Source: an uncultured cyanobacterium (lineage in GTDB: Bacteria; Cyanobacteriota; Cyanobacteriia; CAKZMO01). From it: a stretch of 64,000 nucleotides of DNA. The notes beneath the pieces were generated by a model. It was not told the origin of the DNA. It saw only the letters and a program-made list of their open reading frames with translations, and searched no databases. Below are positions 30,238 to 40,885 of this stretch, in pieces. The translations under genes were made by a program, and so were the position numbers. The stretch lies in the NCBI GenBank assembly GCA_963719515.1, contig CAVRCJ010000003.1, forward strand, positions 160,001 through 224,000, read 5' to 3'. Position 1 is the stretch's first letter, and each line of letters begins with the position of its first letter.

Positions 30238-33069
30238 TTAGGACTCTAGCTCATCTTCGTCTTCGTAGTCTTCGTCTTCGTAGTCTTCGTCTTCGTAATC
30301 TTCGTCGTCCTTGTCGTCCTCGTTGAGATCGTCTTCAATTTCGAGTCGCTCATCCTCAACGGTATCCTCGGGTTCCTCAACCGCGACAGCCGCGCCTTTG
30401 CTTTCCTCAATCGGGGCGCGGTTCATCAGCTTGATGGCCCAGCTAGCGCTCTTCTTGATAGAGCGCGGCAGGTGGGGCATATGGGGCAGCTGAGACAAGA
30501 GGTCCATGGTGCGCCGCAGGATGCGCACGATATCCCCTTCATCGAGACTGGTGTTGGCGCAGAGTTCATTCCACTCTGTTTCGAGGACCCACTGCTCCAC
30601 CAAGCCGACAATTTCATACTCCAGCCACACCGGCAAGGCGACGCTGCGGCGTCGCTGCACCTGAAAGATCTGCCGTCGCAGGTTGCGCAGGCCGTTGAGG
30701 GCAGACTCAGTGTCAACAGAGGCGCGGTAGTTAATCCAGGTATCGGGCCGCATCGTCTCGGTGACTAAGGCGGCACAGGCGCCAGCGAGATGATGGGGGG
30801 CCAAGTCGTCAAACTCTCCGGACATCAGAGCGAGCCCTAGCCACAGCTCGTTGTCCCCTCGAATGGCGGCGGCGGCTTCTCCTAGGGACGTGGGCTCCAC
30901 CTTATCCAAGCAGTCGAAATGTCTGAGAATCGAGATCAAGCTGAGAAAGTCTTGCCAGTAGTGGTGGATGCGCTGGCCGAGCTTTTGCTGGCGATCGCTG
31001 ATCTCCGATTCAATTTTGGTGATGCGCTGCTGCCGCTTAATTAGCTTGCCGGGGTTCCCCCACCTTTGGGCCGGATGGTTGATCAGCCGAGACTCTACGG
31101 CCGCGATCTGCTCGGCCTGGGCCTGCACCTCGGGCGGCGTGGGAGGGCCTGGCAGATCAGGAATCTGGTCTGCCACCGTTTGAGACACTTCGGTCCCGGG
31201 ATCGAACTTGCCGGGTTTGACCAGCAGGTCTGCCGGGGGCTCAACGGCGGTGATAGCGGTGAGCAACGGTATATCGTTGTGCAGCCCCACCACGTCTTTG
31301 ACGGTAATCACATACCAGCGGTTGTCCTGGGTGAGGGTCAGGAGGTAAGGGGCCAGCCCTGGGCTGGGAAGGCGCATCGCGAGGACCCCCGGTATCGCTT
31401 TTCCTGGCGGTCCGGTGACATGCACGCCCCGTAGCGACAGCACCGACCCCACGGGCGCATTGACCATGGCGGCGGCGATCTCCTTGGTCCGCAGCTCTTT
31501 GGCCTGCTGCTGTAAGGTTTTTAGCAGACGACGCTCTTCTTTTAGTCGCCCTTTCACCTTTTGAAAGTCGGCCAGCAGGTCGAAGTCTTCTACCACAGCT
31601 AGCTGCTCGAGATGGTGCTGCAGGTCGTTTTCTAGATTGGCGATCGCCTTTTGCTGGGGGGCCAGGTGCAGCGTGGCTAAATACTGGCCGAAGCTGCGCT
31701 CTACTAGGTCGCGGGCCTCCTCCAGGGTGTGGATCTGCAGCAGGTTGAGCACCATCCCGTAGCTGGGGTTAAACTGACTCACCAGCGGATCAGGTCCGGA
31801 GGTGATTAAGTACGAGGCTTCCCCTGGGCCTTCGAACCGCGTCTGCACGGTCACGGCGTAGCCCACTTCATCCATGCCCCGTCGCCCAGCCCGGCCCGCC
31901 ATCTGCAGGAACTCCGAGCCATTGAGCAGCCGGTGCCCCCGGTCGGTGCGCTTCGACAAACTGGAGATGACGGTGCAGCGAGCAGGCATGTTGATGCCTG
32001 CAGCCAGGGTCTCTGTGGCAAAGACCACTTTGATCAGCCCCTGCTGAAATAGCTGCTCCACCAACCCTTTCCAGGCCGGCAAAACTCCGGCATGATGGGC
32101 TGCAATGCCCCGGTAGAGGGCGTCCACCATATCGCTGTGACCGATGTCGGGGTTTTGCGCTAAAAATTCGTCAATTTGCCGCTTTAGCGACGCGGCTTCT
32201 TCAAGTGATACCAGGGTCTGCTGCGCCATGCTGCCCACTGCCTTATCGCAGCCTCGACGGCTAAAAATAAAGTAGATAGCCGGCAGCATCTGCCGCTGAA
32301 TCAGCTGCCCAACCACAAAAGCAATGGACGGCGGCTTTTGCTTCTCTCGCTGCTTGCGGCGCTGGCGTAGCCGGGGGTTGAGGCCCGTGCCCTTGTCGTT
32401 GAGCAGCGGAAACAGCCCTTTTTCGTTGCAGTGGTAGTACTCCAGCGGCACCGGGCGGTAGTCAGAATAGATCAGCTCGGTGGGGCCGTGAACCTGAGAA
32501 ATCCAGTCGGTGAGCTGCTCACTGTTGGCGACGGTGGCGGACAGCCCTACCAGCTGAATCTCCGGCGGCGCGTAGATAATTGACTCTTCCCACACCGTTC
32601 CCCGCTGACGATCGTTCATGTAGTGGCACTCGTCTAGCACCACCGCCTCGACCGACTGCAGCGAGAGGCCCACCTGACCAATGGCGGTGCCGTAGAGCAT
32701 GTTGCGAAATACCTCCGTGGTCATGACCACGATGGCGGCGTTGCGGTTGACCGACAGATCCCCGGTCAATAGGCCGACGTTCTCTTCGCCAAACTTTTCT
32801 CTGAAGTCCCGTAGCTTTTGGTTCGACAGTGCTTTGAGGGGCGTAGTGTAAAACACCCGGTGGCGCCGCGCCAGAGCCCGGTAGATGGCGTATTCCCCCA
32901 CCAGGGTTTTACCTGAGCCTGTGGGCGCACAGACCACCACAGACTTTCCCGCATCTAGGGCGGCGATCGCCTGCTTCTGAAACTCATCGAGCTGAAAAGG
33001 AAACAGCGTTTCTAGACTGGTTATGTCGGTGGTAGTCGTTTTTGAGGAGGCTGGGGGGGGAGTATTCAC
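30238..33069 (-). CDS. Ski2-like (HelY-type) DExH RNA helicase with DSHCT domain and acidic tail
   Basis: APTGSGKT, TPLKALSNQK, DECH, LSAT, ATETLAAGINMP, QMAGRAGRRG, DEGDIVR. Confidence 0.93.
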   Translation of the reverse strand: MNTPPPASSKTTTTDITSLETLFPFQLDEFQKQAIAALDAGKSVVVCAPTGSGKTLVGEYAIYRALARRHRVFYTTPLKALSNQKLRDFREKFGEENVGLLTGDLSVNRNAAIVVMTTEVFRNMLYGTAIGQVGLSLQSVEAVVLDECHYMNDRQRGTVWEESIIYAPPEIQLVGLSATVANSEQLTDWISQVHGPTELIYSDYRPVPLEYYHCNEKGLFPLLNDKGTGLNPRLRQRRKQREKQKPPSIAFVVGQLIQRQMLPAIYFIFSRRGCDKAVGSMAQQTLVSLEEAASLKRQIDEFLAQNPDIGHSDMVDALYRGIAAHHAGVLPAWKGLVEQLFQQGLIKVVFATETLAAGINMPARCTVISSLSKRTDRGHRLLNGSEFLQMAGRAGRRGMDEVGYAVTVQTRFEGPGEASYLITSGPDPLVSQFNPSYGMVLNLLQIHTLEEARDLVERSFGQYLATLHLAPQQKAIANLENDLQHHLEQLAVVEDFDLLADFQKVKGRLKEERRLLKTLQQQAKELRTKEIAAAMVNAPVGSVLSLRGVHVTGPPGKAIPGVLAMRLPSPGLAPYLLTLTQDNRWYVITVKDVVGLHNDIPLLTAITAVEPPADLLVKPGKFDPGTEVSQTVADQIPDLPGPPTPPEVQAQAEQIAAVESRLINHPAQRWGNPGKLIKRQQRITKIESEISDRQQKLGQRIHHYWQDFLSLISILRHFDCLDKVEPTSLGEAAAAIRGDNELWLGLALMSGEFDDLAPHHLAGACAALVTETMRPDTWINYRASVDTESALNGLRNLRRQIFQVQRRRSVALPVWLEYEIVGLVEQWVLETEWNELCANTSLDEGDIVRILRRTMDLLSQLPHMPHLPRSIKKSASWAIKLMNRAPIEESKGAAVAVEEPEDTVEDERLEIEDDLNEDDKDDEDYEDEDYEDEDYEDEDELES

Positions 33070-33248
33070 GTGATGCTTGGAGTAAACCTGAGTGGAATAG
33101 TAGGGGCTTGTGAGGCTGCCATCTAACCTCTAACGGTGCCGCACGAGATTCAGCAGGACTGATCAGCGCAAGCGACTATAGCATAAGAAGATCGTAGCGC
33201 AAGGAACTATAGGGTACGAAACCATAACATTAAGTTGCAGGTCTACCG

Positions 33249-34052
33249 TCAGCTTAGCCCCAGCAGCGTCGACAGTCGCTGGGGCTCGAAGCTTCGAGGA
33301 TCCTGCTTGTGGCCTGATCGATCCACAGAGCGGTGGGTAGTGATCCGCTCTTGGGGCACAGGCAGCTGGGCAATTAGCCAGGCCAAAGAGCGATATTGGG
33401 CATCGGTATAACCGCTGTGGCGAGACTGATTGCCCCGTCCATCGCCTGGCGTTTCTAGAGAGGTATGGTAGGCAAAGTTGTTGACGGAGGGGGGAAACGC
33501 TGGATTCGTCTGGACCGCCTCTGGACCGTTAGGCCCGTCGAAGGTGGAGTTGCCCGCCCCAAAGGCCCGCATCTGAGGGTGCACGAGGTGCACGATTGTG
33601 CCGTCCCGCTTAATGAGGCTGTGGTAGCTGACCTGGTCTTGGTCTTGGGGGTGATAGGCCTGAAAAAGGTTGATGGCGCTGCTGGCAGACCCCACCGTTT
33701 CGTGAATGACCACGATCAATGGGTAAAGGGCCGGCTGACCGTAGACGTCGGTTTCGTAGCGCGAGCCATAGTTGCTGGGATCGGCTGGAATAATTTCTTC
33801 TCGCGGGGTATACGCGGCGGACGAAATGAGCAGGCGCCGCCCTGAGGCTTCCTTGGTCATGCTGCCGCGCCGATAGCGCCAGTCGAACTGCGCAGTGGAT
33901 ACTGGCGCTAAAACGCTGACGGCGGGCTGGGGCTGGGCATAGGTGCCGGGACCGTTGGGCAAGGCGATCGCCAGAGCCACGGCGGTAAATAGCGCTAGCC
34001 AGGCGGCTAGGCGCATTATTTTGAAGGGGGGCGGTGTAAATCTTGACAGCAT
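33249..34052 (-). CDS. N-acetylmuramoyl-L-alanine amidase (Amidase_2)
   Basis: VVIHET, SYHSLIKRDG, AFGAG, HTSLE, TTHRSVD...DP; start uncertain. Confidence 0.85.
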   Translation of the reverse strand: MLSRFTPPPFKIMRLAAWLALFTAVALAIALPNGPGTYAQPQPAVSVLAPVSTAQFDWRYRRGSMTKEASGRRLLISSAAYTPREEIIPADPSNYGSRYETDVYGQPALYPLIVVIHETVGSASSAINLFQAYHPQDQDQVSYHSLIKRDGTIVHLVHPQMRAFGAGNSTFDGPNGPEAVQTNPAFPPSVNNFAYHTSLETPGDGRGNQSRHSGYTDAQYRSLAWLIAQLPVPQERITTHRSVDRSGHKQDPRSFEPQRLSTLLGLS

Positions 34053-34363
34053 GATGTTACCAATACGACGTTCGTTATACCTTTTACTCAATCGCCCATC
34101 AGGCTCAGTGTTCGCAAGAAAACTCGATAGCCAATCATAGGCCAAAACTATCGCAGAAAATAGGCCTTCTCTTTAAGACAAAAGCGGTTCAGGGTTTCCG
34201 AAAACTGTGAAGAGCTCTTCGGACGCAATTCTTGGTGGCTCATCAGAAACCCTATAAACTGGCAAAGCTTGATAGTTTATTCCCATAAGAGTCCAGTTAG
34301 GAGCGATCGCGGGCACAATCGTTTCTTTTGGAATAGAGAACGCTACCAGACGACGGATTACCT

Positions 34364-35086
34364 ATGGTTAAGCAACGCAAAGGGCATATCGCATTCATTG
34401 CTATCGACGATGGCAGCGCCATTTCGCAGCCGCCCCGTTCGGGCCCGAATTCACCGGGCGTCCCCATCGGCTATAGGCAGGCGGCTTGGCAACTGGCGGA
34501 ACAGGGGTGGCATGTGGATGTCTTTGCCCATCACTCTGAGCCATTCCAGGTCGACCATCCGCGCTACCGCGAGATCTTTCTGCCGATTACCCTCAAGGGT
34601 GACATAGATCGCGTTCTAGAGGCTTTAGACGTAGCGGCCCAGGCTTTCTTACGCTACCAAGAATCGCAGGGCGTTCTCTACCCGATCATTCACACCCACT
34701 GCTGGGCGTCAGCTTGGGTGGGGGCGCAAATCAAGCAGCGCCAGCTGCTGCGGCTTGTTCAAACCTATCAAGGACCAGCGTCTCTGGCAGACTGGCCCAG
34801 GCTCGATGGCTCTACTGAGGGGTCTCAATACCTCGACAGCGCCGACTGCCTGGTCACCACCGACCCCAGCCACCTCAGCCGCCCTGTACCGGGAAGCATG
34901 GACAGCGCCCACAAGCTGCGGCTGGTCAGCTCCACAGAGCCTGAGCTGTCGAGCGCCGCGCTGGCAGAGCAGCTCAATAGTATCTACCGAGAGCAGATTA
35001 ATCTGCTCTGCCGGCAGTTTTTCTTTACCTCCCCCGTCCCTTCGGAGACTCAGCCTACGCCTCCCCAAAGTTCGCTGATCGGTTAG
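34364..35086 (+). CDS. Short GT4 glycosyltransferase-like protein (N-terminal domain only)
   Basis: LAEQGWHVDVF, YPIIHTHCWASAWVG...LVQTY; only 240 aa, no EX7E motif. Confidence 0.65.
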   Translation: MVKQRKGHIAFIAIDDGSAISQPPRSGPNSPGVPIGYRQAAWQLAEQGWHVDVFAHHSEPFQVDHPRYREIFLPITLKGDIDRVLEALDVAAQAFLRYQESQGVLYPIIHTHCWASAWVGAQIKQRQLLRLVQTYQGPASLADWPRLDGSTEGSQYLDSADCLVTTDPSHLSRPVPGSMDSAHKLRLVSSTEPELSSAALAEQLNSIYREQINLLCRQFFFTSPVPSETQPTPPQSSLIG

Positions 35087-35342
35087 CGGCAGGGTCTCGG
35101 GGACGCAACCTGCGGCGCTGCGGCGCAATCAATTTTATAAAGTAAAGCATTGCCCAAAACGCTGCCTAGAGCATGGCCCCGAGCACTGCAACGGACTGGC
35201 GCGGACTCATCTTTCCAAGCGAGCTGCACCCCAGCGGAATCGTCTCTCTAAAGCGGTACGGTGAGCCGGTAGGCAGACGCCTATAATCCAAACACCATAC
35301 TTGTACTGACTTTCATTTTAAGCAATGTCTTGACCTGAATCT

Positions 35343-37550
35343 ATGCCTCCTCCGACAATTCAAGATCCCCAATCATCACCTCAGGTGGTTCCTGCCGCAG
35401 AAACCGGACTCGGTACCTTTGGCGGGGTCTACACCCCCTCGATTCTGACCATTTTGGGGGTGATCATGTACCTCCGGTTTGGCTGGGTTGTCGGCAACGT
35501 GGGGCTGCTGGGCACCTTCTTGATCGTTACCTTGTCGGTGAGCATCACCCTGCTGACGGCCCTGTCCATCAGCGCGATCTCCACGGACCGGGTGGTGCGG
35601 GTGGGAGGGGCCTACTATATGATCAGCCGCTCACTAGGGATTGAAACCGGGGGGGCGGTCGGCATTCCCCTCTACTTTGCCCAGGCTCTGTCGGTGGCCC
35701 TCTACACCCTGGGCTTTGCCGAGAGCGTGGTCAGCGCCTTTGGCCGCTTCGACCAGACCTATGTGGCGCTGATTGTCACCATTGCGGTGGCGGGGCTAGC
35801 CCTGACGTCAGCCGAGCTGGCCATCAAGGCGCAGTATTTCATCATGGCGGCGATCGCCCTCTCCCTGCTCTCTTTGGCCTTCGGGTCTTCCCTAGAGCCC
35901 ACCCAAGTGGAGCTGTGGGGCACCTCGGGCGGGGAGCCATTTTGGGGGGTGTTTGCGGTCTTTTTCCCTGCCGTCACCGGCATCATGGCGGGGGTCAACA
36001 TGTCTGGCGACCTCAAAGAGCCGACTAAGTCGATTCCCAAAGGGACGCTGGCAGCCGTGTTGACGGGCTACGTCATCTACATGGTGCTCCCCTTCTTCCT
36101 GGCGACGCGGGCCGATGCTGCGACATTGGTTTCAGACCCGCTGATTATGCAGCGGATCGCTCTCTGGGGGCCGGCCATCCTGCTGGGGGTTTGGGGGGCG
36201 ACCCTCTCTAGCGCCCTGGGCAGCATCTTGGGCGCCCCCCGGATTCTGCAGGCGCTGGCGCGGGACGGCGTGCTGCCCAAGTGGCTTTCTTTTTTGGGCA
36301 AGGGCAGTGGCCCGGCGGATGAGCCCCGCATTGGCACAGCTGTCACCCTGGGCGTGGCGATCGCGGCGGTTTGTCTGGGGGATCTCAACCTGATTGCCCC
36401 GGTGCTGACGATGTTCTTTCTCACTACCTACCTGGTCCTCAACGTTTCGGCGGGCATCGAGCGCTTCTTGAACAGTCCGTCGTTCCGGCCGCTATTTTCG
36501 GTTCACTGGTCGCTGTCGGCTTTGGGTGCCATCGGCTGCCTGGCCGTGATGGTGTTGATCAACCCTTTGGCTACTGGCGTGGCCGGCGTGATTGTTCTGC
36601 TGATCTTTTTCTGGATTCAGCGGCGTGAGCTGAAGAGCACCTGGGGCGACGCCCGACGCGGCCTGTGGATGCTGCTGCTGCGGACCAGTCTGTTTCAGCT
36701 GGGACATCACTCCGACGCCAGAAACTGGCGGCCCAACATGCTGGTGTTGTCGGGGGCTCCCATGCGCCGCTGGGGGCTGATTGAGCTAGCCAACGCCCTC
36801 AACCACAACCGAGGCATCTTTACGGTCACCAGCATTCTGCCCACGGGCTCTCGGGACGTGAATCAGCAGGAGGACATGGAGCTGCGCATTAGCCAATACC
36901 TCAAGGACAGAGGCGTGCAGGCACTGGTGCGCGTGCTGACGGCCCCTGACCCATTTGAAGGGGCGGAGCGACTGGTGGAGATTTACGGCTTGGGGCCTTT
37001 GGTGCCCGACACGATTCTGCTGGGGGACAACGACAATTTGGAGAACCGCGATCGCTACTGCGAGCTGATTGCCCACCTGCACCAGGCGGAGCGCAACGTG
37101 ATTGTCTACAGCGATAAAGAGACCTCACCTGAGCAGTTCCGTCAGATTGACGTGTGGTGGGGGGGACTGCAGGCCAATGGGGCGCTGATGCTGATTATTG
37201 CCGAGCTGCTGCGGGACGATATTCAATGGCGTAACGCCCGCATTCACCTGAAGCTGGTGGTGCCTGACGACGAAGCGAAGGAGGCCGCTAAGGACAACAT
37301 GAAGGCCTTAATCGAGGAGCTCTACGTTGACGCTGTGCCCCATATTCTGGTAGCCAATGGCCGCGATTTTGGAGAGATTTTGCAAGAATCGTCCCGCAGT
37401 GCCGATCGGGTGCTGTTGGGTTTGGCTGACCCGACTGAGGAATTTCGCGAGCATTACGATGTGATGCAGGGGTGGATTGCTGAGCTGCCGTCAACGATTT
37501 TGGTGCTGGCCGCACCGAGCTTTGCGTTTGCGGATATTTTGGAGAAATAG
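35343..37550 (+). CDS. Cation-chloride cotransporter (SLC12-like) / APC permease
   Basis: ILGVIMYLR, GGAYYMISRSLG, FFPAVTGIMAG, SGDLK, NWRPN, IDVWW. Confidence 0.88.
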   Translation: MPPPTIQDPQSSPQVVPAAETGLGTFGGVYTPSILTILGVIMYLRFGWVVGNVGLLGTFLIVTLSVSITLLTALSISAISTDRVVRVGGAYYMISRSLGIETGGAVGIPLYFAQALSVALYTLGFAESVVSAFGRFDQTYVALIVTIAVAGLALTSAELAIKAQYFIMAAIALSLLSLAFGSSLEPTQVELWGTSGGEPFWGVFAVFFPAVTGIMAGVNMSGDLKEPTKSIPKGTLAAVLTGYVIYMVLPFFLATRADAATLVSDPLIMQRIALWGPAILLGVWGATLSSALGSILGAPRILQALARDGVLPKWLSFLGKGSGPADEPRIGTAVTLGVAIAAVCLGDLNLIAPVLTMFFLTTYLVLNVSAGIERFLNSPSFRPLFSVHWSLSALGAIGCLAVMVLINPLATGVAGVIVLLIFFWIQRRELKSTWGDARRGLWMLLLRTSLFQLGHHSDARNWRPNMLVLSGAPMRRWGLIELANALNHNRGIFTVTSILPTGSRDVNQQEDMELRISQYLKDRGVQALVRVLTAPDPFEGAERLVEIYGLGPLVPDTILLGDNDNLENRDRYCELIAHLHQAERNVIVYSDKETSPEQFRQIDVWWGGLQANGALMLIIAELLRDDIQWRNARIHLKLVVPDDEAKEAAKDNMKALIEELYVDAVPHILVANGRDFGEILQESSRSADRVLLGLADPTEEFREHYDVMQGWIAELPSTILVLAAPSFAFADILEK

Positions 37551-37563
37551 GGGGGCGATCGGT

Positions 37564-39243
37564 TCAATCATTTGCCGCCGCTTCAATTTTTCTGGGAGCT
37601 TCGATCCGCTTATCCGCTTGCTCGGCTTCGCTGGGGTCGCGGAAAGGCTTTAAGAGCGTCCACCCATTTACCTTGCCGGCAATTCGCGCTTTGCTCGCCC
37701 AAGGCTGCAGCGCCGCCTCATCCAGCAGCAAATACGCCCCGCGCCGCCACTGCCGCCGCAGGCGCTGATTGTCCGCCGAAATCACGCGGCGATCGCTGTA
37801 AAAATCCAGGGAGGGGCGATGGTGGGGGTGAGAGGTGAAAACTGCTGCATTGGGCGGCGTCTGGTTTTGCACCAGCGCCGCCACGGGTTTCACCGGGTAA
37901 TCCTCCGCCAGCTCCCACACCCACTGGTCCGACGAAACAAACAGCAGCAGCGACAGGAGCATGCCCCACACCAGCACCGGCACGGCCATGGGGTCTCGCT
38001 GGCCCAGCCGCCACAGAGCGGCGCTCAGGGTCAGCCCAATGCTGCCCAAGCTCAAGGTGAGTAGGGGGGACCCTCCGGAGGTAAAGAAATAAGCGCAGCC
38101 CGCCCAGGCCAGCAGCGCCAGCAGCCCTAGACCCAAGCTTAAAACTAAGCAGTAGCGGTCAGAGGGCCTGAGCTTGGCCGAGTCGCCCGCCAGCGTCTCC
38201 CACAGCCGCCGCAGCTCCACCCCCGCCAGCAGCGCGATCGCCGGGTAGAGGGGGTACACATACCAGGGCAGCTTGGTTCCCATGGCGGAAATGACGACAA
38301 AATAGCTCGCCGTCCACACCAGCAGCAGCTTGCCCCAGCTCAAATCCCGGTTGCGCCAAGCTGCCTGCAGCCCCAGCGGCACAAATAGCAGCCAGGGCCA
38401 GCTCGTTTCCAGCAGTTCCACCGCGTAGAACCAAGGCGGCCCCTGGTTCTGCTCCACCGCCGTCCACAGCCGCTCTAGGGACTGGTCAAATAGATGCACC
38501 GCCCAAAACTCGCCGCCGTAGCGCAGGCCCTGCAGCCCGTACCAGGCGATCGCCGGCAGCAGCCCCAGCAGTATCCCCGCCCAGGCATACCGCGACCGCA
38601 GCAGCCGGGGCGAGTCCCACAAAAGAAACGCCCCAGCGATCGCCCCCAGCAGCACCCCCAAAATCCCTTTCGTGAGCACCATCAGGCTCAGCCCCAGCCC
38701 CACTCCCAGTCCCCAGCGAGGATGGTGGCGCGATCGCAGCAGGCTCACCAGCGTCATCAGGAAAAAGCACGCTACCGCCCCATCCAGCATCGCCAGCCGC
38801 CCGTGGCGCACCACCGGTAGTGAGGCTAGATACACCAAAGCGCCCAGGAGCGCCGTACTGCGACCCGGCCACAGCTGGCGGCCTAGACAATACAGCAGCG
38901 GCACCGACAGGGCGCTCAGTCCGGCCCCCGGCAGCCGCGTCGTCCATTCACTGACGCCGAAGCTCCGGTAGCAGAGGGCGATGAGGCCGTGCATCAAGGG
39001 CGGCTTATTCAGATAGGGTTCGCCGTAGAGCGTGGGATAGGGCCATTGAGAGAGGGGAGCGCGGGACAGCTCGCGGGCGACCCCGGCAATCGTGCCCTCG
39101 TCCCAGTCCCGGAGGGGAAGGCCCAAGTTGACGGTCAACAGCAGCAGCGAGGCCACCGTCAACCCCAGTAGAACCAGCCGTTCTGAATGGTGGTCGATCC
39201 AGCCTGCCGTCTGCTGAACCAGGGCGTGCGGTGAGCGATTCAC
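37564..39243 (-). CDS. ArnT/PMT-family (GT83/GT39) membrane glycosyltransferase
   Basis: RDWDE, NKPPL, TKG, KLPWYVYPLYP. Confidence 0.88.
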   Translation of the reverse strand: MNRSPHALVQQTAGWIDHHSERLVLLGLTVASLLLLTVNLGLPLRDWDEGTIAGVARELSRAPLSQWPYPTLYGEPYLNKPPLMHGLIALCYRSFGVSEWTTRLPGAGLSALSVPLLYCLGRQLWPGRSTALLGALVYLASLPVVRHGRLAMLDGAVACFFLMTLVSLLRSRHHPRWGLGVGLGLSLMVLTKGILGVLLGAIAGAFLLWDSPRLLRSRYAWAGILLGLLPAIAWYGLQGLRYGGEFWAVHLFDQSLERLWTAVEQNQGPPWFYAVELLETSWPWLLFVPLGLQAAWRNRDLSWGKLLLVWTASYFVVISAMGTKLPWYVYPLYPAIALLAGVELRRLWETLAGDSAKLRPSDRYCLVLSLGLGLLALLAWAGCAYFFTSGGSPLLTLSLGSIGLTLSAALWRLGQRDPMAVPVLVWGMLLSLLLFVSSDQWVWELAEDYPVKPVAALVQNQTPPNAAVFTSHPHHRPSLDFYSDRRVISADNQRLRRQWRRGAYLLLDEAALQPWASKARIAGKVNGWTLLKPFRDPSEAEQADKRIEAPRKIEAAAND

Positions 39244-40571
39244 GGCGTCTGGTTTGTCCCGTTGGCATCCGCCTGCAGACCTGTCTGCTCTGCAGCGTCA
39301 TAGACTGCGGAGCGGGACGCTTGAGCACGGGACCGGACACGAGACTGGGCGCGGGAAAACAGCCGGAAATAGAGCAGGCTAAAGATCTCTTTTAAGGGAA
39401 TTAGCGCGTAGGTCAGGGGGTTCACCGTGACGATAATTAGCCTCACGTCCCGCTTTGCCAAGGCAATCACCATCTTGGCCACCCAGGGCGCGCTCATAAC
39501 GCCGTATGGGTTGAGCTGACTCTTGAATGGACCCAGCACGATTTTGCGCACAATACAGGGGGCATCTAGCCGCCGTAGGGTGACCAGGTTGCCCAGCAGC
39601 CGCTTTGAGATTTCGTATAGCGGGCTGAGGGCGGGGGAGACTTCCGCCTCTGAAGTATTCACCCACAGCTCTTTCGTGGCGCGATCGCTCGGCCCGCTCA
39701 CGGTGGTAAAAAAGAGCTCTGCCAGCCGCCAGCTGGATAGGGCGTTCACCTCCAGCGAGTTTTGAATCGCCTCCGGGGTGCGATCGCCTTGGACATTGAT
39801 GCCGTGGTTCAAAATCAAAATATCGGTGCGCTGTAGGCAATCCCGCAGATTTTCTTCTTGTCCCACCGTCCAGGCCACTACCTCAGCCCGCTCGTGGGTA
39901 AATTCGGAAGAGGTCAGGGCAATGGGCCTAGCTCCCTGCTGCACCAGCTGGTCAATCAAGGCCTGCCCCAAGGTGCCAGAGGCTCCGGTGACCGCCACCG
40001 TCTTATTCTTCAGCGCCAGACTCGTGCCCAATAGCTTATCCATCAAGGTAAAGTGCCCCCCATAGTAGGCTGTGGTCTCGTCGAAGTGGTGCCGCCAGTG
40101 GTAAGCGCGGTTCACCCGCCAAACGTTGGGACGGGCGTCGAGCGCTCCGGGCTTGTGGGTGAGGTCACTTTCAATCAGCCAGCCCTGGGAGCGGGCGATC
40201 GCCCCGGCGAAAAAGCCAAAGGCGTACAGCACCCCCAGCCCTATGGCGTTGGCCTCTAACCCCGTGGCATAGCGCTGAACGGCCCACCACAGCAGCCCCC
40301 CTGCCGCCATCATAGCGATCGCTTCTGGGGCGTCGTTGTAGATCTGCGCTTTGCGGTAGGTGTTGAGGTTGATGATGCTGAAGTCTTTGCGGTAAAGCTG
40401 GTGGTGCAGCTTATGCAGTCGCAGCAGGGGAGGCCAATAGTGACTGACGACGTGGTAGACGTCTCGGACGAGCTCGACGAAAACGACAGAGCCCAGCCCG
40501 AGCCCGATAGCCCCAATCAGCGACGGGTCTATCAGACCTAATGTGGCCTGGAGTAACAGTTCCCTGCTCAT
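39240..40571 (-). CDS. Bifunctional sterol desaturase/short-chain dehydrogenase
   Basis: His clusters HKLHH, HWRHH; TGASGTLG; YEISK; start re-called at ATG 40571. Confidence 0.85.
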   Translation of the reverse strand: MSRELLLQATLGLIDPSLIGAIGLGLGSVVFVELVRDVYHVVSHYWPPLLRLHKLHHQLYRKDFSIINLNTYRKAQIYNDAPEAIAMMAAGGLLWWAVQRYATGLEANAIGLGVLYAFGFFAGAIARSQGWLIESDLTHKPGALDARPNVWRVNRAYHWRHHFDETTAYYGGHFTLMDKLLGTSLALKNKTVAVTGASGTLGQALIDQLVQQGARPIALTSSEFTHERAEVVAWTVGQEENLRDCLQRTDILILNHGINVQGDRTPEAIQNSLEVNALSSWRLAELFFTTVSGPSDRATKELWVNTSEAEVSPALSPLYEISKRLLGNLVTLRRLDAPCIVRKIVLGPFKSQLNPYGVMSAPWVAKMVIALAKRDVRLIIVTVNPLTYALIPLKEIFSLLYFRLFSRAQSRVRSRAQASRSAVYDAAEQTGLQADANGTNQTP

Positions 40572-40885
40572 AAAGTAGTGATCCGGTAATCGTAGTTTGA
40601 CGATGCGTTGATAAAAAGGGGCGACGCGCAAGCAACACCCATTAAATTTTGTACACAATCCGTTGGATTGCACCAGGTTTCTTAACGGTCGTTTCTGCTC
40701 GCTGACGCAAAAAATTGCGCTCCAGCCCTCAGGCCAGAGCGCAACTCATAGCAAAAGCAATGTGGCCAAAGCTAGAATACAAGCCGCGCTAACGCGATAG
40801 TCTTTTGGTGCTTCAGCGGTAGCCCCTTCACCGGCTTAAAGCGAGCCAGCCTTAACTGAGGCTTGAATCTCGGCGTTCTGACCGG

